64,000 bases of DNA. It comes from an uncultured Acidobacteriaceae bacterium (lineage in GTDB: Bacteria; Acidobacteriota; Terriglobia; Terriglobales; Acidobacteriaceae). A program made the translations under genes and the position numbers. The stretch is taken from NCBI GenBank assembly GCA_963819035.1, contig CAWFUU010000017.1, positions 140,030 to 204,029 of the forward strand, written 5' to 3'. Under the pieces are notes generated by a model. That model did not search any database, was not told the DNA's origin, and was given only the letters and a program-made list of their open reading frames with translations. Below, one piece after another: positions 52,995 through 63,405 of this stretch; position 1 is the first letter of the stretch, and every line of letters starts with the position of its first letter.

Positions 52995-55874
52995 CTATGA
53001 TTTATGTCCCGCGCTTAACAGATTTACGTATAGCCGCACCGCTCCGGGCACGCCTGCCGGCAGTTGACGGAAGAAGGCGTAGCCGGTGTAGATGTAAGTT
53101 CCTTTGCCGAACTGAGCGCGCAGCAACCCGCCCTTCTGCGCGTCTTCGCCCGGGTCATGACTGGATAATAGCGGCGTGAAATGTTCGTCCCACTTGCTCA
53201 TGAAGTACAAGCCGCGCTCCTGCACCCATCCGTCGAAGTCGCTGGCCGTAATGACGTTAGGAGAATGGAAGACGGGATCGTCTGGCGCCAGAATTTCCAC
53301 CGGAGCTTCTTCGACCGACACCCGCGCCCGGCTCAGCTCCGCAGGATAAGGAGTAAACTTTCCGCTATTAAAATCTCCTGTGCCGGAGTTGTATTGCACC
53401 ACCAGAGTTCCGCCGGCGGAAACAAAATCCAGAAGCTTCTTATTATTGGCCGCGACTTCTTTCTGCGTGTCGTAGGCGCGAATGCCCAGTACGATCGTTC
53501 CGTATTTTCCGAGGTCCTCCGAGGGTAGTCTTTCCGCCGGAATCAAGGTGACGTCCATCCCCACCTGCTTCAGCACAGTTGGAATATCATCGCCCGCTCC
53601 CATGATGTAGCCGACTTTGAGATCGTGCGGGGCGTGGACATCAACGATGCTGACGCGTTGCCGCGCCGGCTGGTAATAATAGAAGCTGCCGAGATCTTCG
53701 CGCGCAACCAGCGTGTATCCTTCGCCGTACTTTTGACCTTCCGAGTCCAGCACCGCGCGCACCGTCGCTCGACCTTCCTGTAATCCGGCGGGAAAGACTT
53801 TAAATTGGGAGTCTTTTTTCTCACCGCGCCGGGTGAAGTCCACAGCGGACTCGGCAGGCTCCGACCGCCAACCTTGGGGCAGTACCAGCCGAAGTACGCC
53901 GTGCACTCCGCGGGCGAGATTGCTCGTCACTCCCACCGTAACCGTGGAGGTCGAGCCATTGTGGGTCGATATCACCTGGGTGCCCGGCTCCAATTCCACG
54001 GAGAACGCGGGTACGATCGCCAGCGGGCGAGTGCGGAGCTTTCCGGCATCGTCCAGAAAAGGCGTGACCACCACGGCCGTAATGCCATTCTGCGTTTTCG
54101 TTCCGCCCGGCCCGCGGGCCGAATACTCAACATGCGCGCGCAGCGCCGGAGGTGGGAAGGGAAGAGTCGCATACTTCTCGTTATCAATGTGATTCAGGCT
54201 CTCGGTATCGGGATTGTCGCGATGCCAGTACGGCCGCGTGTAATTCGCGTCGTTGGGCACGCGCAAGCGGAAATTGGCATGCAAATCTTCTCCGGGCTTT
54301 ACCGTTTCCGGTTTCGTTTTACCGCTGATCGTGTTCCAACCTGCCGGGACTTCGAGTTTGATCTGATCGATGAGCAGGGGTTGGTTCGAGCCGTTGTGAA
54401 ATTTTGCGGCGATTAGAAATTCCTCGCCTGGGGAAACCGTAGTCAGCGCATCGGCTTCTTTGACGGGGTGGATGTCGCGGTTGCCATCGGACGAGACATC
54501 GGCGGTGAGGCTGACTCCCAGAGCCAGATTCAGCGCGGTCTGCGCCTGTTGTAACTTCTCCTTGATGCGCGACAGAAAATCGAACTTCGCCGCCGGGCTC
54601 AGCGCGGCACTACTCACTTCAGCGCTCACCCGCTTCAATCCGGCCACGACCTTCATGAGCGGCGCAGCCGCCCCGGATGCATCGTTTTTGGCGGCCTGGA
54701 CCGCCTCCGCGACTTGCTTTTGAATCTCCGTTAGCTGCTGGCGCATTTGCGGAACCTTACTCTCCGAAGCGCCCAGCCTCGACGCCAGCCCCGGCAGCGT
54801 GGTGTCGAGCCCGTCGAAGAAGTCCTTTTCGTGACCATCTTTGGCAGCGGCGGAAGGCACCACCGAATCTGCCAGCTTGTAGAACGTGAACCGGTCTCCC
54901 GGATCAACGGTCCAGTTGGCCGCGCCCTGCGACATCTGGTGCCGCAGCCCCTGCATGGAGAACTGGACGTAGGACATGCCCAGCTCGGTGCTCTTTTCGC
55001 CGGTATTGAGCTTCAGGGTCCAGTCCGCATCGGGACACGTCATCGCGCCGAAGCCGCACACGTTTCCGATATAAAGCTTTTTCACCTGCCAGGGCGTGAG
55101 TCCCTCGGCAATCTGCTCGGGAAAACGCGTCGGGTCAGCCGCCGCCCGAAAGGCCTCCTGCGCGAGAATGCTCGAAGCCTGATGATGTCCATGGCCATCG
55201 CGACTGGTGCCGGAAAACCGTGGGACCAGCACATCGGGACGAAAGGTCCGAATGACTCGCACCACGTCGCCCAGCGCCACGTCGTGGCCGCCCCACTTGG
55301 CGAATGTTTCGTCCGGGCTCTTGGAGAAGCCAAAGTCGGCGACGCGCGAAAAGCGCTCCTGTACGCCGTAATACTGGTCGGAAGCCAACAGTTCGAGCGC
55401 GCGGAGTACGCCCAGCACGTCTGACAAATTGCTGCCGATCTTGTTCTGCCCGCCTTCGCCCCGAGTCAGTGTCATCAGCAGGCTGCTCACCCCGTGCCCG
55501 CGGGCCTCAAGCGTGAGCATCCCACCATCTTCGTCGTCGGGATGCGCAACGACCTGCATCAGGCGCGCGGTCGTTCCCAGACGCAGCAACTCGAGGCGCA
55601 AGCCGGCCACTCCTTCATCTTGAGGGATCGCAGCCGGAACGCCCTGGTACAGCAGGCCGGGAGGATCGGGGAGGACTTCGGTGGGGGAGGATTGAGGCGT
55701 TGCCGTCGCTACCGTCGAAGTCTCGCGGGCGGCTGACGGAGCCTGGGCCGGTGCAGCGAGAGCGAGGATCGTGACGAGGCCAACCAACTTCAGCCCGAAG
55801 GAAAGCAACTTCAGAAGTACTCTGGAAACGCCGCGAGCGAGGGGCGGCAGGCTGACGGGTGCGGGATTTCTCAC
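52995..55874 (-). CDS. Large secreted PIG-L/LmbE-family deacetylase with C-terminal ThuA/GATase1-like domain
   Basis: VVAHPDDEDGGMLTLEA...TRGEGGQN LmbE motif. The C-terminus (GTLVVQY...FDGWVQERGLYF) is ThuA-like. Start uncertain; GTG 55874 chosen upstream of the hydrophobic leader. Confidence 0.7.
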   Translation of the reverse strand: MRNPAPVSLPPLARGVSRVLLKLLSFGLKLVGLVTILALAAPAQAPSAARETSTVATATPQSSPTEVLPDPPGLLYQGVPAAIPQDEGVAGLRLELLRLGTTARLMQVVAHPDDEDGGMLTLEARGHGVSSLLMTLTRGEGGQNKIGSNLSDVLGVLRALELLASDQYYGVQERFSRVADFGFSKSPDETFAKWGGHDVALGDVVRVIRTFRPDVLVPRFSGTSRDGHGHHQASSILAQEAFRAAADPTRFPEQIAEGLTPWQVKKLYIGNVCGFGAMTCPDADWTLKLNTGEKSTELGMSYVQFSMQGLRHQMSQGAANWTVDPGDRFTFYKLADSVVPSAAAKDGHEKDFFDGLDTTLPGLASRLGASESKVPQMRQQLTEIQKQVAEAVQAAKNDASGAAAPLMKVVAGLKRVSAEVSSAALSPAAKFDFLSRIKEKLQQAQTALNLALGVSLTADVSSDGNRDIHPVKEADALTTVSPGEEFLIAAKFHNGSNQPLLIDQIKLEVPAGWNTISGKTKPETVKPGEDLHANFRLRVPNDANYTRPYWHRDNPDTESLNHIDNEKYATLPFPPPALRAHVEYSARGPGGTKTQNGITAVVVTPFLDDAGKLRTRPLAIVPAFSVELEPGTQVISTHNGSTSTVTVGVTSNLARGVHGVLRLVLPQGWRSEPAESAVDFTRRGEKKDSQFKVFPAGLQEGRATVRAVLDSEGQKYGEGYTLVAREDLGSFYYYQPARQRVSIVDVHAPHDLKVGYIMGAGDDIPTVLKQVGMDVTLIPAERLPSEDLGKYGTIVLGIRAYDTQKEVAANNKKLLDFVSAGGTLVVQYNSGTGDFNSGKFTPYPAELSRARVSVEEAPVEILAPDDPVFHSPNVITASDFDGWVQERGLYFMSKWDEHFTPLLSSHDPGEDAQKGGLLRAQFGKGTYIYTGYAFFRQLPAGVPGAVRLYVNLLSAGHKS

Positions 55875-56017
55875 GTTACAAGGATGGGGCCTACCCCCGC
55901 TTTGACGCAAATTCTTTCCCTTGGCATCCCTGCCGACTGTGGCCCGGGCTTTCCCGCCGCCCAAACGACGGGCGCGGACGCCCGCCGGACAGCCGCCGAG
56001 ACGGCGGCGCTACGCAG

Positions 56018-56884
56018 CTACACATCACACAAATCCGCGGCGTTTCGCAGCGAAACCAGCGGATCGCCGGTGGGCAAGAACTCGTGCGCTACATAACCCT
56101 TGTAGCCGGCGTCGGCGATGGCCCGCATAACGGCGTCCCACTGAATCTCCTGCGTGCCGTCGAGTTCGTGGCGGCCGGGGACGCCTCCGGTATGAAAGTG
56201 CCCGATCCATTGGACGTTGTCGCGGATGGTCGCGATGAGATCACCTTCCATGATCTGCATGTGGTAGATGTCGTAAAGCAGCTTGACGTTGGGCGAGTTC
56301 ACTTCCTGCACCACGCGCACTCCCCAGGCCGTGTGGTCGCACATGTAATCGTGATGGTCGCGTTTGCTGTTCAGCAGCTCCAGGCAGATCGTCACGCCAT
56401 GATCTTCGCCGATCTTCTTGACGCGGTTCAGTCCGGCGATGGTATTTTTCGCGCCTTCGTCGTCGGACATGCCGCCCCGGTTGCCGGAAAAAGTAATGAC
56501 GTTGGGAACGCCCGCCTTGGCCGCGCGCGGAATGTTGGTGCGAAATGCCTCCTCAATCGCGGCATGGTTCTCGACGCGATTCATCGCCTTGCCAATTTCG
56601 CCGCCGCCCGCATATCCCATGGTGCACACGAGGCCGTACCGGCGCGGGATTTCGTATTCCTCTGGCTTGAGCAGGTCAACTCCCCGGAGTCCGATCTTGG
56701 CCGCATACTCGGCCAATTGGTCGAGAGGAGTGTGAGGGTAGCACCACTGACAGACGGACTGATGGATGCGGCCTTTGCGAGTTGGGGAGGCTGTGTCCGC
56801 GAGGGAGTTAAGAGACGGGACGCCCAGCGCGGCCACGCCGGCCATCGAAGACTTGAGCAACGTGCGCCTCGTTACGGTCTGCAT
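56018..56884 (-). CDS. Xylose-isomerase-like TIM-barrel protein (hydroxypyruvate isomerase family) with Tat signal
   Basis: TRRTLLKSSMAGVAALG twin-arginine leader. ICLELLN, HFHTGGVPGRHE. Confidence 0.8.
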   Translation of the reverse strand: MQTVTRRTLLKSSMAGVAALGVPSLNSLADTASPTRKGRIHQSVCQWCYPHTPLDQLAEYAAKIGLRGVDLLKPEEYEIPRRYGLVCTMGYAGGGEIGKAMNRVENHAAIEEAFRTNIPRAAKAGVPNVITFSGNRGGMSDDEGAKNTIAGLNRVKKIGEDHGVTICLELLNSKRDHHDYMCDHTAWGVRVVQEVNSPNVKLLYDIYHMQIMEGDLIATIRDNVQWIGHFHTGGVPGRHELDGTQEIQWDAVMRAIADAGYKGYVAHEFLPTGDPLVSLRNAADLCDV

Positions 56885-56894
56885 CTTGCGACGC

Positions 56895-56953
56895 CCTCAG
56901 GGGCTAAAGCCCGGCCTTTCTTGAGACAGCAACGGCCCGGCTAAAGCCGGGCC
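56895..56953. repeat. Two GGCTAAAGCC-centred hairpins between the kinase and isomerase genes
   Basis: cctcaGGGGCTAAAGCCCggcc and GGCCCGGCtaaaGCCGGGCC (8-bp perfect stem). The first matches the reverse complement of 9783-9801. Confidence 0.7.
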
Positions 56954-57014
56954 CTCTCAAAGCACAGCCACAGGGCTGCGACAAAAAACTGGCAACCCGG
57001 TACTGACAACTGCT

Positions 57015-59414
57015 CTACTGCCGCCCTTCCTTCAGCACCGCCTCGCAGTTGCTGGAGGCGGTCAGAACTTCGCTAAAGGCCGTCTCTTTGCGCAGATCCT
57101 TCAACAGAGGATCGTCCAGCAGAGTTGTGTGTGCACAATAATTCTGCTGTACCGCAGATTTGAGCAGCCTGAGGGCGGGTTCATTCTGCCCGCAAGCAGC
57201 CATCAGTGCGCCTACGTGATACCACGCCTCGGCGTCAGGTTCCATCATGACCGACGATTCGGCTTCGCGCACGATTTTTGCAAAGTCGGCGGGACGCTGC
57301 GCTGCCGTACAAGCTTCCATCAGCGGGCGGTGATAAGAGGAGGCCGTCCCCATATTCTTCGCAGTAGCGCGAGCCTCAGCAATATTTCCCTCTGCGAGAT
57401 ACACATATGGCGTGACCCAGGCCGCCCACTCCGAACCCGCGTCGAGGTGCACGAAATCCATGGCCCGGTCTGTCTTGCCCATCTCGAGGAAGGACCAGGC
57501 GCAGGAGCGGAAGGCGAAGTTTCCCGGATCGAGCGAACGCGCCGTGTTGCACTCCTGCGTGGACTGATCGAGCATCCCGGCGTAGCGAAGCACGTAGCTC
57601 AAAGCAAAATGAGCGTCGGCGCTCTGCGGGCGCCGCCGCACCAGATCCGTGGCAGCGTCGTAAGCCCGGCCCAGTTCGCCGCGCTCCACGCGGTTTGTAA
57701 TCAGGTTGCTCGCGGCCATCGTTCGATTCGGGTCGAGCGTGACCGCGCGTTCATAGGCAGCGTTGGAGCGCTGGAACATTTCTTCGCCGCCTCCACCGAA
57801 AGTCGAGTCGTAGTAATACCTCTGTCCCAGGGCTTCCCACGCCGGCGCATAGCTGGGATCGATGCCCACCGCCCACTCCAGCATCTTGATGGCTTCCTTG
57901 TTGGGCTTGGGATCATGCGGGACCGCGACGCTGCGCAGATAGAAGTCATAGGCCTGCTGATTCTTCGGCCGCGACGCCGCGGCCTCGGTGGCGCCGGTCG
58001 CGCCACCCAGAATCGGCAACAAGCCGTGCTGCACCTGCGTGCTCAATTGCTCCTGCAGCCCAATCAGGTCGTCGGCCTTGGCCATGACGTTGGCCTGCCA
58101 AAGCAGGCGGTCGGTCGGCACATCGATGGCTTCAAGCGTCACCATGAGTTGGTCGCCCTGCTTGCGGAACGACCCCGAGAGCAGCCTGCCGACGCGCAAT
58201 TCCTGCCCCACTTTTTTCGGATCGAGATCGAGGGCAACGTACCGCCGTGTGACTGAGGAAGGCCGTACCTCCAGCGATCGGGAATAGGTCAGCACGCTGG
58301 TCAACTCGTCCGCCAGCGCGAAACGAAGGTAGTCGATGTTGAAATCGCCGTTCATGTTCTGCAGCGGCAGCACTGCGATGGCATTTCGCTGCTCCGCGTT
58401 GGCCGCTTCGCGATGTTTGTACCACCACGCTCCCACTGCGCTCAGTACGGTTACCAGCAGACCTGCCATCGCCAGCGTGAGATAGATCTGCCACCGCGTG
58501 TTGTGGCCAAAAGTCCGGGTCCCAACCCGCAGCTTGGCGGTGTTGGTTCCACTCTTGACCTGTCCGGACTCGGTCTCGCGCTTGAGCAGCGCCAGATCCG
58601 ATTTCATTTCGGCGGCGCTCTGGTAGCGATGGTTGCGGTCCTTTTCCATCGCCTTGCCGATAATGCCCTCGAGCTCGACCGGAATCCTCGGGTTCAAGTC
58701 GCGCGGCGGTACTGGTTTGGAATGCAGCACCGCATCCAAAGTGACCAGGGAATTGTTTCCCGTGAACGGCTTCTTGCCGGTGGCCATTTCGTACATGACC
58801 ACGCCAAAGGAAAACAGATCACTGCGCGCGTCTACGGTCTCACTGCGCGCCTGTTCCGGCGACATGTATACGGCCGTGCCCGGGATGACGCCAACCGCTG
58901 TCAGGGAATTGTCGGCCCCGGCATCATCTTCCGTTCCGAGGTTGTGAACGAGTTTCGCCAGCCCGAAATCGAGCACCTTGACCTGCCCGCTCGGGGTCAG
59001 AAAAATGTTGGCCGGCTTGATGTCGCGATGCACGATGTTCTTGGAGTGCGATGCCACCAGCGCGTCCGCCACCTGCACTCCCACGTCGAGGACTTTATCG
59101 ACCTCCATAGCATGGCCGGAGATGTGCTGTTTCAGGCTCTCGCCGTCAAGCTTCTCCATCACGATGAAGGGATGCCCGTTGTTGTCTTCAATGCCGTGGA
59201 TGGTGCAGATATTGGGATGGTTGAGTTGCGAGGCCGCCCGCGCTTCGCGGGTAAACCGCTCCAGCGATTTAGGATCGCCGGCCAGATTCTCTGGGATGAA
59301 TTTCAGGGCTACGTGTCGCCCAAGCTTCAGATCTTCGGCCTCGTAGACGATACCCATACCACCGCCCCCAAGTTTTCCGAGGATACGATAGTGGGATACC
59401 TGCTGACCGATCAT
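57015..59414 (-). CDS. Ser/Thr protein kinase with TM segment and C-terminal TPR domain
   Basis: GKLGGGGMGIVYEA, VALKFI, HRDIKPANIF, DFGLAK, GTAVYMSPEQ. TPR-like C-terminus. Confidence 0.9.
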   Translation of the reverse strand: MIGQQVSHYRILGKLGGGGMGIVYEAEDLKLGRHVALKFIPENLAGDPKSLERFTREARAASQLNHPNICTIHGIEDNNGHPFIVMEKLDGESLKQHISGHAMEVDKVLDVGVQVADALVASHSKNIVHRDIKPANIFLTPSGQVKVLDFGLAKLVHNLGTEDDAGADNSLTAVGVIPGTAVYMSPEQARSETVDARSDLFSFGVVMYEMATGKKPFTGNNSLVTLDAVLHSKPVPPRDLNPRIPVELEGIIGKAMEKDRNHRYQSAAEMKSDLALLKRETESGQVKSGTNTAKLRVGTRTFGHNTRWQIYLTLAMAGLLVTVLSAVGAWWYKHREAANAEQRNAIAVLPLQNMNGDFNIDYLRFALADELTSVLTYSRSLEVRPSSVTRRYVALDLDPKKVGQELRVGRLLSGSFRKQGDQLMVTLEAIDVPTDRLLWQANVMAKADDLIGLQEQLSTQVQHGLLPILGGATGATEAAASRPKNQQAYDFYLRSVAVPHDPKPNKEAIKMLEWAVGIDPSYAPAWEALGQRYYYDSTFGGGGEEMFQRSNAAYERAVTLDPNRTMAASNLITNRVERGELGRAYDAATDLVRRRPQSADAHFALSYVLRYAGMLDQSTQECNTARSLDPGNFAFRSCAWSFLEMGKTDRAMDFVHLDAGSEWAAWVTPYVYLAEGNIAEARATAKNMGTASSYHRPLMEACTAAQRPADFAKIVREAESSVMMEPDAEAWYHVGALMAACGQNEPALRLLKSAVQQNYCAHTTLLDDPLLKDLRKETAFSEVLTASSNCEAVLKEGRQ

Positions 59415-59719
59415 GAGCTGTTCCGACCGTGCTCGGCGGTAATGTTAGGCTCCCCACCGATTCCGGTCAACTCCCTAGGTTTCATCGCGCACGGCAGGTC
59501 ATGGGCCGTCGGGTTCGAGCTGAAATGTGCGCTGTTGCCTTTTGTGCTTTCACGGTCGCCGCGCCGTTTTGAACCCGATTCCCAATTTTGTCGCAGCTAC
59601 GTCCTTCCGTAAGATGCTCGCTGCTCCGCCTCGGGTTTCGCCCAAATACCATAACAGAAGACAGCTTGCGTGCCAGCGCAGGCCTGCCGAGGGACTCGCA
59701 CAACCTGGAGATTATCTTT

Positions 59720-60100
59720 ATGGAAGCCGTGACTCATTCGAAACACCCACCCAACCCTTCGTCGATCGATCCAGACCGCCACGAAGCCATTCGCCGACGC
59801 GCGGAGGAAATCTACATTCGCAACGGCAGAATCTCTGGCCGTGATGTCGAGAATTGGGTCCAGGCCGAAACCGAAATCCTGCGTGAAGCGGAAGCTTATT
59901 CACACCGAGCCGCGGTTGTGATCAAAGTCAGCGGCGTCCGCTATGTGGGCGAATACTCGGTCGACGACGCTGCCGGATACGCTCCCGGAGAATTCGCGGC
60001 CGGCGATCCGGTTACGGTCCGCTTTGACGCCGATAAAATGTTTGTGAGACGAAACGGCGGCGCGGAACTGAAGACAACGATCGTCAAGAGAATCGGCTGA
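59720..60100 (+). CDS. DUF2934-domain protein
   Basis: Start at ATG 59720 after GGAG. IRRRAEEIYIRNGRISGRDVENWVQAETEI matches the DUF2934 signature. Confidence 0.65.
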   Translation: MEAVTHSKHPPNPSSIDPDRHEAIRRRAEEIYIRNGRISGRDVENWVQAETEILREAEAYSHRAAVVIKVSGVRYVGEYSVDDAAGYAPGEFAAGDPVTVRFDADKMFVRRNGGAELKTTIVKRIG

Positions 60101-60344
60101 GGCTCTCCGCAGCCATAGCCTCAGTGTGCAATTGTCTTTCACAGCATCGCGGTTTTCGGCACTAGAACATTACAGATCCCCGTTGTCCATAAATTTAGTG
60201 CACCCAACACCGCCTTGGGTTAGAATACCCCGCCAAATCTTTCTCGCCCAAAGCCTTTCCCAAAAGGAGGCTCTCCCCGTTGGCGAGTAGCCCAACCGTT
60301 AACAAAACGTGAGCCAACTTGCTGAATAAGAGGAGGAAGTGCAG

Positions 60345-61673
60345 ATGAGACGAGTAATTGTGTTTTCGGCTGTCGCCGCGCTGGTACTGGGCAGCGCGAT
60401 TTCTACGCCTGCCCAGGAACGGTCTTTAGCTCGCAAGGGCAGAGTGGTGATTCCTGATTCCAGTATTGAACGCCCTGAGGACATCGGGTATCGCATGCAT
60501 ACGAACACTCGAGTTTTTGTGCCTGCAGACCGGGCCAAGTGGGGAGCTGAACCTAATGGACTAGCCTTGCCCGACGTCGCCGGTTTGACTCCAGCGGGGC
60601 CTCCGTTCACCGGCTACGCCTTCGAGACACCGGCTTCACTTGCCTGTCTCTATGGTCTGGTGACGGCGGTAGTCGGCTGCAATCCCAACACCTTCAAAAC
60701 CAATCCCACAGGTGGCACCAAGGCCATCGGGATCGTCGATGCTTATGACTATCCCACAGCGATGGCGGATCTGAATGCCTTTTCGACGCAGTTCGGTTTA
60801 CCCAAGGTGACCGCGACGACCTTCAAAGTCGTTTTCGCCGGGGGCACCGGCGGATGTGCCGGAACTGATCCGGGCAACAATCCCGGATGGGAGGGAGAGC
60901 AGGCGCTAGATGTCGACATGGCCCACGCCATGTCGCCCAATGCCAAGATCTTCCTGGTCGAGGCGGCTTCGAATTCGCTTACCGATCTTTTGGTAGCCGA
61001 GGACTGTGCCACCAAACTGGTGGCGGCAGCTGGCGGCGGCGAGATCTCCAATAGCTGGGGCGGGGCTGAGTTCTCAGGCGAAACCGCGATGGATTCCCAT
61101 TTCGTACATGCCGGGATCGTTTACTTGGCCTCGAGTGGTGATTCGGCTGGCACCTCATGGCCAAATACTTCCACGAATGTGGTTTCGGTGGGCGGCACTA
61201 CCACCAGAAGAGTGAATGGCGGCGCCACGTTTGGAAACTTTATCGCCGAGGCTGCGTGGGAGGACGGTGGCGGAGGGTTGAGCCTCTACGAACCTCGCCC
61301 CTCGTACCAGAGCGTGTTGCCGGCGGCGAGCCATCGGCTCGTGCCCGACGTCTCCTCGGACGCCAACCCCAACACCGGGGTATGGGTCTATGACAATAAC
61401 CCCTCCGGCGGTTGCTGCTGGTATGTATACGGCGGCACGAGTGTTTCCTCGCCAACCTGGGCCGGCATTGTAAATAAGGCAGGTCACTTTGCTGCTTCGA
61501 GCGCCGCGGAGCTTACTACCATCTACAACGCCTACAACAACGCGACGACCTATGCTGCGGACTATCACGACATCACTACCGGCTTCTGCAGCTTCTACGA
61601 TGCAAACCTCGCGGTAGCCAAGTGGGACGTTTGCACCGGCGTCGGCAGCCCCAAGACTTACGTTGGGAAGTGA
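60345..61673 (+). CDS. S53-family (sedolisin/kumamolisin-like) serine peptidase
   Basis: Signal peptide MRRVIVFSAVAALVLGSA. EQALDVDMAHAMSPNAKI, SSGDSAG, GGTSVSSPTWAGI (catalytic Ser block). Confidence 0.75.
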   Translation: MRRVIVFSAVAALVLGSAISTPAQERSLARKGRVVIPDSSIERPEDIGYRMHTNTRVFVPADRAKWGAEPNGLALPDVAGLTPAGPPFTGYAFETPASLACLYGLVTAVVGCNPNTFKTNPTGGTKAIGIVDAYDYPTAMADLNAFSTQFGLPKVTATTFKVVFAGGTGGCAGTDPGNNPGWEGEQALDVDMAHAMSPNAKIFLVEAASNSLTDLLVAEDCATKLVAAAGGGEISNSWGGAEFSGETAMDSHFVHAGIVYLASSGDSAGTSWPNTSTNVVSVGGTTTRRVNGGATFGNFIAEAAWEDGGGGLSLYEPRPSYQSVLPAASHRLVPDVSSDANPNTGVWVYDNNPSGGCCWYVYGGTSVSSPTWAGIVNKAGHFAASSAAELTTIYNAYNNATTYAADYHDITTGFCSFYDANLAVAKWDVCTGVGSPKTYVGK

Positions 61674-61709
61674 GCGCTGCCAACGGAGTGTGACACGATT
61701 ACTGTTGGT

Positions 61710-61745
61710 AAGGCCCTGCTGGAAAAGCAGGGCCTTTTCCCTTTC
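61710..61745 (+). terminator. Rho-independent terminator after the S53 peptidase
   Basis: aaggccctgct-ggaa-aagcagggcctt followed by ttccctttc. Confidence 0.7.
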
Positions 61746-61882
61746 ACGTCTGCGGCCTTTCCGTTGAGCATAGCTTCGAACGACTCCTGAGGCTCAAAGA
61801 GGTAGACTTTGCACGAAAGCGATGTAGAATCGGCTGCCAGTCAGAAACAAAGTCTCGGCCACACCGAACAAAAGGACGAACG

Positions 61883-62053
61883 ATGAACCCCAAAGGCAGA
61901 ATGCTTGTCGGAGTACTTACCGCTCTTGCGATGATGCTGCTGACGTTTGCGCTGCCCAGAGGCGGCGCTTTGCGCGACGCGATGCTGGTGCAGTTTCCCG
62001 TGACCGTCGGGATCTGGGCGATTTTCGTGCTGCTGTTTGTGAAACTGAAATAG
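61883..62053 (+). CDS. Possible small membrane protein (56 aa)
   Basis: Below the ORF-track length cut-off. MNPKGRMLVGVLTALAMMLLTFALPRGGALRDAMLVQFPVTVGIWAIFVLLFVKLK has two hydrophobic helices. Confidence 0.35.
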   Translation: MNPKGRMLVGVLTALAMMLLTFALPRGGALRDAMLVQFPVTVGIWAIFVLLFVKLK

Positions 62054-62108
62054 GATGCTGGCCAGTCTGAAGTCTACGGTCGGGGGGAGGAGCGCTCGGC
62101 TAGCTGGG

Positions 62109-63299
62109 CTATCCCGGGTAGAACCCTGCCGATGCCCCAACCCACTCCATGTTCTTGTTGTGATCCACGCCCATCATCAGTCCCCGCCCCATGCGAATGA
62201 TCGTCAGGACCGGCGTCAGTTCTTCTTGCCACACATACATGACCCTAACCTCAGCTTTGGTCCCGCCAAACGGCGTGGCGATCACCGGCTCAAAGTGCAG
62301 GCGCTCCTGCAGAATGTAGTAAGGACGCTTCTCGGGGGGAATCGCCAGAATGTCTTCCTTCTTCGGAGCAATCACCACGCCTAGCCCGGCAAAAGAATAC
62401 AGTGGCTTCAGAGCGTAATTGTCGAGGTCTGGAGGAATCTCCTCCAGCCGATCCAGAAACCACGTTTTGGGCACCGACTCGTGCTTCAGGTAGGGAATGG
62501 AGAACTTGCTGATGCGGAAATACCAGTTGGGATGCCCCGCCCACTCCACATCGAGTTCGTCGCGCCAATCAAACCCAAGCTTCAGATTCTTGCGCTCTAG
62601 TTCGTCGACGATCGCACGGTTGTAAATCCGCCGGATGGGCACGCGCTTTCCGTCGCGCTCGTAGTAGAGCCGCGAGCCTTCCTTTTTAATGTCGACGATG
62701 TCAACGGTTCGCACGCCCAGCATCTTTTCCGTGAGCAAAAAATCCGGGAGGGTCTTCTGCTCCTGCGGGTGAATCTCCATCAAAATCACATTCTCAGGAT
62801 CTTGCGAGCCGACAATCGCGCGCCGCAGCAGGCTGCGATAAGACGTAGCATCAAGCCCACTCAAGAAGTATTTGAGCCCGAGAGCGCCCAATCCGTAAAC
62901 GTCGAGATACGCCTCCGCCAGCGGGCCCTGATAGGCGTACAGAGAAGGGAAGGCCTGCAACTCCACCAGCTTCGGCTGTAACTCCCCGCGCGCATCCCGC
63001 ACCAGCCCGAAATCGACCTGCACGAACATCGGATGCGAAGGCTCGTTCGGGACTTTGAACTCGGCGGGAACCGCCTCATCCGACTTCGCGTGATATTCGG
63101 GATTGTCAACCAGTTGCCGAATCAACTCCTGCCCGTCGCGCGCCATTCGATCGATCAATTCCCTCGGGAAAAAGCAGGGCGTCTCGGAGAGACGAAATTG
63201 CACATGGGTACCGCACGCATCGTCAATCCGGCGCAGGAATTGCTGATATTTGTCGGGAGTGAAACCGTCGTTGAACTGCTTTCGTAAGGAAGGGATCAT
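62109..63299 (-). CDS. Conserved-looking hypothetical protein, family not recognised
   Basis: ORF 62109-63389. Non-repetitive sequence. The start could be 63299 (MIPSLRK), 63326 or 63389. Confidence 0.6.
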   Translation of the reverse strand: MIPSLRKQFNDGFTPDKYQQFLRRIDDACGTHVQFRLSETPCFFPRELIDRMARDGQELIRQLVDNPEYHAKSDEAVPAEFKVPNEPSHPMFVQVDFGLVRDARGELQPKLVELQAFPSLYAYQGPLAEAYLDVYGLGALGLKYFLSGLDATSYRSLLRRAIVGSQDPENVILMEIHPQEQKTLPDFLLTEKMLGVRTVDIVDIKKEGSRLYYERDGKRVPIRRIYNRAIVDELERKNLKLGFDWRDELDVEWAGHPNWYFRISKFSIPYLKHESVPKTWFLDRLEEIPPDLDNYALKPLYSFAGLGVVIAPKKEDILAIPPEKRPYYILQERLHFEPVIATPFGGTKAEVRVMYVWQEELTPVLTIIRMGRGLMMGVDHNKNMEWVGASAGFYPG

Positions 63300-63405
63300 G
63301 AGCGCTGAGTGGGAACCAGCGATCATTTTAGCGCGAGTGTCCCGGTGCAGGCAGGCGTACTCTTGCACGCCTGCATAGTCCGAGCGCATGTCGGCGTGCG
63401 GATGA

